Assembly (NCBI GenBank): GCA_964016885.1
Contig: CAXHJY010000487.1
Coordinates: 1 to 43,229 of the forward strand
Direction: 5' to 3'
Length of the DNA stretch: 43,229 nucleotides
Source: Eledone cirrhosa
Taxonomy: Eukaryota
The position numbers and the translations under genes were made by a program. Shown here piece after piece: positions 38,701 to 43,229 of this stretch. The notes beneath the pieces were generated by a model. That model worked only from the letters and a program-made list of their open reading frames with translations, searched no databases and had not been told where the DNA came from. The stretch's first letter is position 1. Each line of letters begins with the position of its first letter.

Positions 38701-41700
38701 ATCCTAAGCTAATCTAAGCTAAGTTATCCTAAGCTAAGCTAAGCTAAGCTATCCTAAGCTAAGCTAAGCTAAGCTATCCTAAGCTAAGCTAAGCTATCCT
38801 AAGCTAAGCTAAGCTAAGCTATCCTAAGCTAAGCTAAGCTAAGCTATCCTAAGCTAAGCTAAGCTATCCTAAGCTAAGCTAAGCTAAGCTATCCTAAGCT
38901 AAGCTAAGCTAAGCTATCCTAAGCTAAGCTAAGCTATCCTAAGCTAAGCTAAGCTATCCTAAGCTAAGCTAAGCTATCCTAAGTTAAGCTACGTTAAGCT
39001 ATCCTAAGCTAAGCTAAGATAAGCTATCCTAAGCTAAGCTAAGCTATCCTAAGCTAAGCTAAGCTATCCTAAGCTAAGCTAAGCTAAGCTATGCTAAGCT
39101 AAGCTAAGTTAAGCTATCCTAAGCTAAGCTAAGCTAAGCTAACCTAAGCTAAGCTAAGCTATCCTAAGCTAAGCTAAGCTATCCTAAGCTAAGCTATCCT
39201 AAGCTAAGCTCAGCTATCCTAAGCTAAGCTAAGCTTAGCTATCCTAAGCTAAGCTAAGCTATCCTAAGCTAAGCTAAGCTATCCTAAGGTAAGCTAAGCT
39301 AAGCTATCCTAAGCTAAGCTAAGCTATCCTAAGCTAAGCTAACTTAAGCTATCCTAAGCTAAGCTAAGCTAAGCTATCCTAAGCTAAGCTAAGCTAAGCT
39401 ATCCTAAGCTAAGCTAAGCTATCCTAAGCTAAGCTAAGCTATCCTAAACTAAGCTAAGCTAAGCTATCCTAAGCTAAGCTAAGTTAAGCTATCCTAAGCT
39501 AAGTTAAGCTATCCTAAGCTAAGCTAAGCTAAGCTATCCTAAGCTAAGCTAAGCTAAGCTATCCTAAGCTAAGCTAAGCTAAGCTATCCTAAGCTAAGCT
39601 AAGCTATCCTAAGCTAAGCTAAGCTAAGCTACCTAAGCTAAGCTAAGCTAAGCTATCCTAAGCTAAGCTAAGATAAGCTATCCTAAGCTAAGCTAAGCTA
39701 TCCTAAGCTAAGCTAAGCTAAGCTATCCTAAGCTAAGCTAAGATAAGCTATCCTAAGCTAAGCTAAGCTATCCTAAGCTAAGCTAAGCTAAGCTATCCTA
39801 AGCTAAGCTAAGCTATCCTAAGCTAAGCTAAGCTATCTTAAGCTAAGCTAAGCTAAGCTATCCTAAGCTAAGCTAAGCTAAGCTATCCTAAGCTAAGCTA
39901 AGCTATCCTAAGCTAAGCTAAGCTAAGCTATCCTAAGCTAAGCTAAGCTAAGCTATCCTAAGCTAAGCTAAGCTATCCTAAGCTAAGTTAAGCTATCCTA
40001 AGCTAAGCTAAGCTATCCTAAGCTAATCTAAGCTAAGCTATCCTAAGCTAAGCTAAGCTAAGCTATCCTAAGCTAAGCTAAGCTAAGCTATCCTAAGCTA
40101 AGCTAAGTTAAGCTATCCTAAGCTAAGCTAAGCTAAGCTATCCTAAGCTAAGCTAAGCTATCCTAAGCTAAGCTAAGCTAAGCTATCCTAAGCTAAGCTA
40201 AGCTAAGCTATCCTAAGCTAAGCTAAGCTAAGCTATCCTAAGCTAAGCTAAGCTATCCTAAGCTAAGCTAAGCTAAGCTATCCTAAGCTAAGCTAAGATA
40301 AGCTATCCTAAGCTAAGCTAAGCTATCCTAAGCTAAGCTAAGCTAAGCTATCCTAAGCTAAGCTAAGCTATCCTAAGCTAAGCTAAGCTATCTTAAGCTA
40401 AGCTAAGCTAAGCTATCCTAAGCTAAGCTAAGCTAAGCTATCCTAAGCTAAGCTAAGCTAAGCTATCCTAAGCTAAGCTAAGCTAAGCTAAGCTAAGTTA
40501 AGCTATCCTAAGCTAAGCTAAGCTATCCTAAGCTAATCTAAGCTAAGCTATCCTAAGCTAAGCTAAGCTAAGCTAAGCTATCCTAAGCTAAGCTAAGCTA
40601 TCCTAAGCTAAGCTAAGCTATCCTAAGCTAAGCTAAGCTAAGCTATCCTAAGCTAAGCTAAACTAAGCTATCCTAAGCTAAGCTATCCTAAGCTAAGCTA
40701 AGCTAAGCTATCCTAAGCTAAGCTAAGCTAAGCTATCCTAAGCTAAGCTAAGCTATCCTAAGCTAAGCTAAGCTATCCTAAGCTAAGCTAAGCTATCCTA
40801 AGCTAAGCTACGTTAAGCTATCCTAAGCTAAGCTAAGCTAAGCTATCCTAAGCTAAGCTAAGCTATCCTAAGCTAAGCTAAGCTATCCTAAGCTAAGCTA
40901 AACTAAGCTATGCTAAGCTGAGCTAAGTTAAGCTATCCTAAGCTAAGCTAAGCTAAGCTAACCTAAGCTAAGCTAAGCTATCCTAAGCTAAGCTAAGCTA
41001 TCCTAAGCTAAGCTAAGCTAAGCTATCCTAAGCTAAGCTAAGCTAAGCTATCCTAAGCTAAGCTAAGCTAAGCTATCCTAAGCTAAGCTCAGCTATCCTA
41101 AGCTAAGCTAAGCTTAGCTATCCTAAGCTAAGCTATACTAAGCTATCCTAAGCTAAGCTAAGCTAAGCTATCCTAAGCTAAGCTAAGCTAAGCTATCCTA
41201 AGCTAAGCTAAGCTAAGCTATCCTAAGCTAAGCTAAGCTAAGCTATCCTAAACTAAGCTAAGCTAAGCTAGCCTAAGCTAAGCTAAGCTATCCTAAGCTA
41301 AGCTAAGCTAAGCTATCCTAAGCTAAGCTAAGCTAAGCTATCCTAAGCTAAGCTAAGCTAAGCTAACCTAATGTAAGCTAAGCTAAGCTATCCTAAGCTA
41401 AGCTAACTTAAGCTATCCTAAGCTAAGCTAAGCTAAGCTATCCTAAGCTAAGCTAAGCTAAGCTATCCTAAGCTAAGCTAAGCTATCCTAAACTAAGCTA
41501 AGCTAAGCTATCCTAAGCTAAGCTAAGTTAAGCTATCCTAAGCTAAGTTAAGCTATCCTAAGCTAAGCTAAGCTAAGCTATCCTAAGCTAAGCTAAGCTA
41601 AGCTATCCTAAGCTAAGCTAAGCTAAGCTATCCTAAGCTAAGCTAAGCTATCCTAAGCTAAGCTAAGCTAAGCTATCCTAAGCTAAGCTAAGCTAAGCTA

Positions 41701-43229
41701 TCCTAAGCTAAGCTAAGCTAAGCTATCCTAAGCTAAGCTAAGCTAAGCTATCCTAAGCTAAGCTAAGCTATCCTAAGCTAAGCTAAGCTATCCTAAGCTA
41801 AGCTAAGCTAAGCTATCCTAAGCTAAGCTAAGCTAAGCTATCCTAAGCTAAGCTATCCCAAGCTAAGCTAAGCTATCCTAAGCTAAGCTAAGCTAAGCTA
41901 TCCTAAGCTAAGCTAAGCTATCCTAAGCTAAGCTAAGCTAAGCTATCCTAAGCTAAGCTAAGCTAAGCTATCCTAAGCTAAGCTAAGCTATCCTAAGCTA
42001 AGCTAAGCTATCCTAAGCTAAGCTAAGCTATCCTAAGCTAAGCTAAGCTAAGCTATCCTAAGCTAAGCTAAGGTAAGCTATCCTAAGCTAAGCTAAGCTA
42101 AGCTATCCTAAGCTAAGCTAAGCTATCCTAAGCTAAGCTAAGCTAAGCTATCCTAAGCTAAGCTAAGCTAAGCTATCCTAAGCTAAGCTAAGCTAAGCTA
42201 TCCTAAGCTAAGCTAAGCTAACCTAAGCTAAGCTAAGCTAAGCTATCCTAAGCTAAGCTAAGCTATCCTAAGCTAAGCTAAGCTAAGCTAAGCTATCCTA
42301 AGCTAAGCTAAGCTATCCTAAGCTAAGCTAAGCTATCCTAAGCTAAGCTAAGCTATCCTAAGCTAAGCTACGTTAAGCTATCCTAAGCTAAGCTAAGCTA
42401 AGCTATCCTAAGCTAAGCTAAGCTATCCTAAGCTAAGCTAAGCTAAGCTATCCTAAGCTAAGCTAAGTTAAGCTATCCTAAGCTAAGCTAAGCTAAGCTA
42501 ACCTAAGCTAAGCTAAGCTAAGCTATCCTAAGCTAAGCTAAGCTATCCTAAGCTAAGCTAAGCTAAGCTATCCTAAGCTAAGCTAAGCTAAGCTATCCTA
42601 AGCTAAGCTAAGCTAAGCTATCCTAAGCTAAGCTCAGCTATCCTAAGCTAAGCTAAGCTAAGCTATCCTAAGCTAAGCTAAGCTATCCTAAGCTAAGCTA
42701 AGCTAAGCTATCCTAAGCTAAGCTAAGTTAAGCTATCCTAAGCTAAGCTAAGCTAAGCTAAGCTATCCTAAGCTAAGCTAAGCTAAGCTATCCTAAGCTA
42801 AGCTAAGCTATCCTAAGCTAAGCTAAGCTATCCTAAGCTAAGCTAAGCTAAGCTATCCTAGGCTAAGCTAAGTTAAGCTATCCTAAGCTAAGTTAAGCTA
42901 TCCTAAGCTAAGCTAAGCTAAGCTATCCTAAGCTAAGTTAAGCTATCCTAAGCTAAGCTTAGCTAAGCTATCCTAAGCTAAGCTAAGCTAAGCTATCCTA
43001 AGCTAAGCTAAGCTAAGCTATCCTAAGCTAAGCTAAGCTAAGCTATCCTAAGCTAAGCTAAGCTATCCTAAGCTAAGCTAAGCTAAGCTATCCTAAGCTA
43101 AGCTAAGCTAAGCTATCCTAAGCTAAGCTAAGCTAAGCTATCCTAAGCTATCCTAAGCTATCCTAAGCTAAGCTAAGCTAAGCTATCCTAAGCTAAGCTA
43201 AGCTACGCTATCCTAAGCTAAGCTAAGCT
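38700..43229. repeat. Second subfamily C domain with diverged ~1.55-2.05 kb internal units
   Basis: CTACG-TTAAG at 38989, 40808 and 42368; CTCAG at 39209, 41088 and 42633; CTAAC-TTAAG at 39339/41403; CTAAA at 39444/41488. Runs of n=3/4 dominate. Confidence 0.8.

Larger units (their letters stand above)
1..43229. repeat. Composite pentanucleotide satellite array (CTAAG)n-CTATC, n mostly 1-4; minus strand GATAG(CTTAG)n
   Basis: Every line parses into CTAAG/CTATC pentamers with only sparse substitutions and 13 single-base deletions. There is no orientation switch and no unique spacer. The array runs off both window ends. Confidence 0.99.

Noticed and set aside
1-43229. Protein-coding ORFs on either strand
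   Set aside because: Both minus-strand words (CTTAG, GATAG) contain TAG at a 5-bp period, closing all frames about every 15 bp. On the plus strand TAA in CTAAG does the same, apart from very short K-L-S-Y-P stretches over n=2 modules.
1-43229. CRISPR array or prokaryotic repeat system
   Set aside because: There are no unique spacers, leader or cas genes. All variation is in run length and point variants.
1-43229. Canonical (TTAGG)n or (TTAGGC)n telomere tract, or a strong G-quadruplex former
   Set aside because: TTAGG occurs only singly at junctions and never in tandem. There are no GGG runs.
1-43229. Binary information-bearing code or synthetic construct
   Set aside because: Run-length patterns are explained by nested duplications carrying inherited point mutations, as in natural satellite evolution. 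There are no adapters, indices or readout elements.
1-43229. Pure sequencing or assembly artefact
   Set aside because: Rare variants recur in conserved order across copies that also differ by private changes (25-bp indel, CAAAG 4300, G8880). The nearly identical 1740 and 1739 bp duplications should still be verified with spanning reads.
1-43229. Array of GATA-factor sites on the minus strand
   Set aside because: The context is GGATAG, which does not fit the WGATAR consensus, and there is no gene here to regulate.
1-43229. Dense AluI (AGCT) and DdeI (CTNAG) sites, and sparse HindIII sites at CTTAG/CTTTC variants, as a functional signal
   Set aside because: These follow trivially from the monomer sequence. 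They are useful only for experimental mapping of the higher-order units.
1-43229. Embedded transposon, rDNA/tRNA or large inversion
   Set aside because: No non-repeat stretch longer than a few bases and no tract of (CTTAG)n on the plus strand was seen.

Overview
The whole 43,229-bp window is one uninterrupted, single-orientation tandem satellite of about 8,650 pentamers. It uses two words, CTAAG and CTATC, with the grammar (CTAAG)n-CTATC, where n is mostly 1-4 (minus strand: GATAG(CTTAG)n); GC is about 40%. I found no gene, RNA gene, mobile element, CRISPR array or unique sequence. Almost every minus-strand pentamer contains TAG, and TAA closes the plus-strand frames within tens of bases. Using rare variant pentamers as markers (tracked by eye), the array shows nested higher-order structure: 25-bp modules, 100-555 bp local duplications, ~1.7-1.9 kb units, a ~4.8 kb super-unit, and long-range copies at ~15.1 kb and ~22.1 kb. 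These fall into an apparent A-B-C-A-B-C order of subfamilies. The best reading is eukaryotic heterochromatic (centromeric, pericentromeric or subtelomeric) satellite, possibly related to TTAGG-type telomeric repeats. Organism and function cannot be determined from the sequence alone, and block boundaries are approximate.
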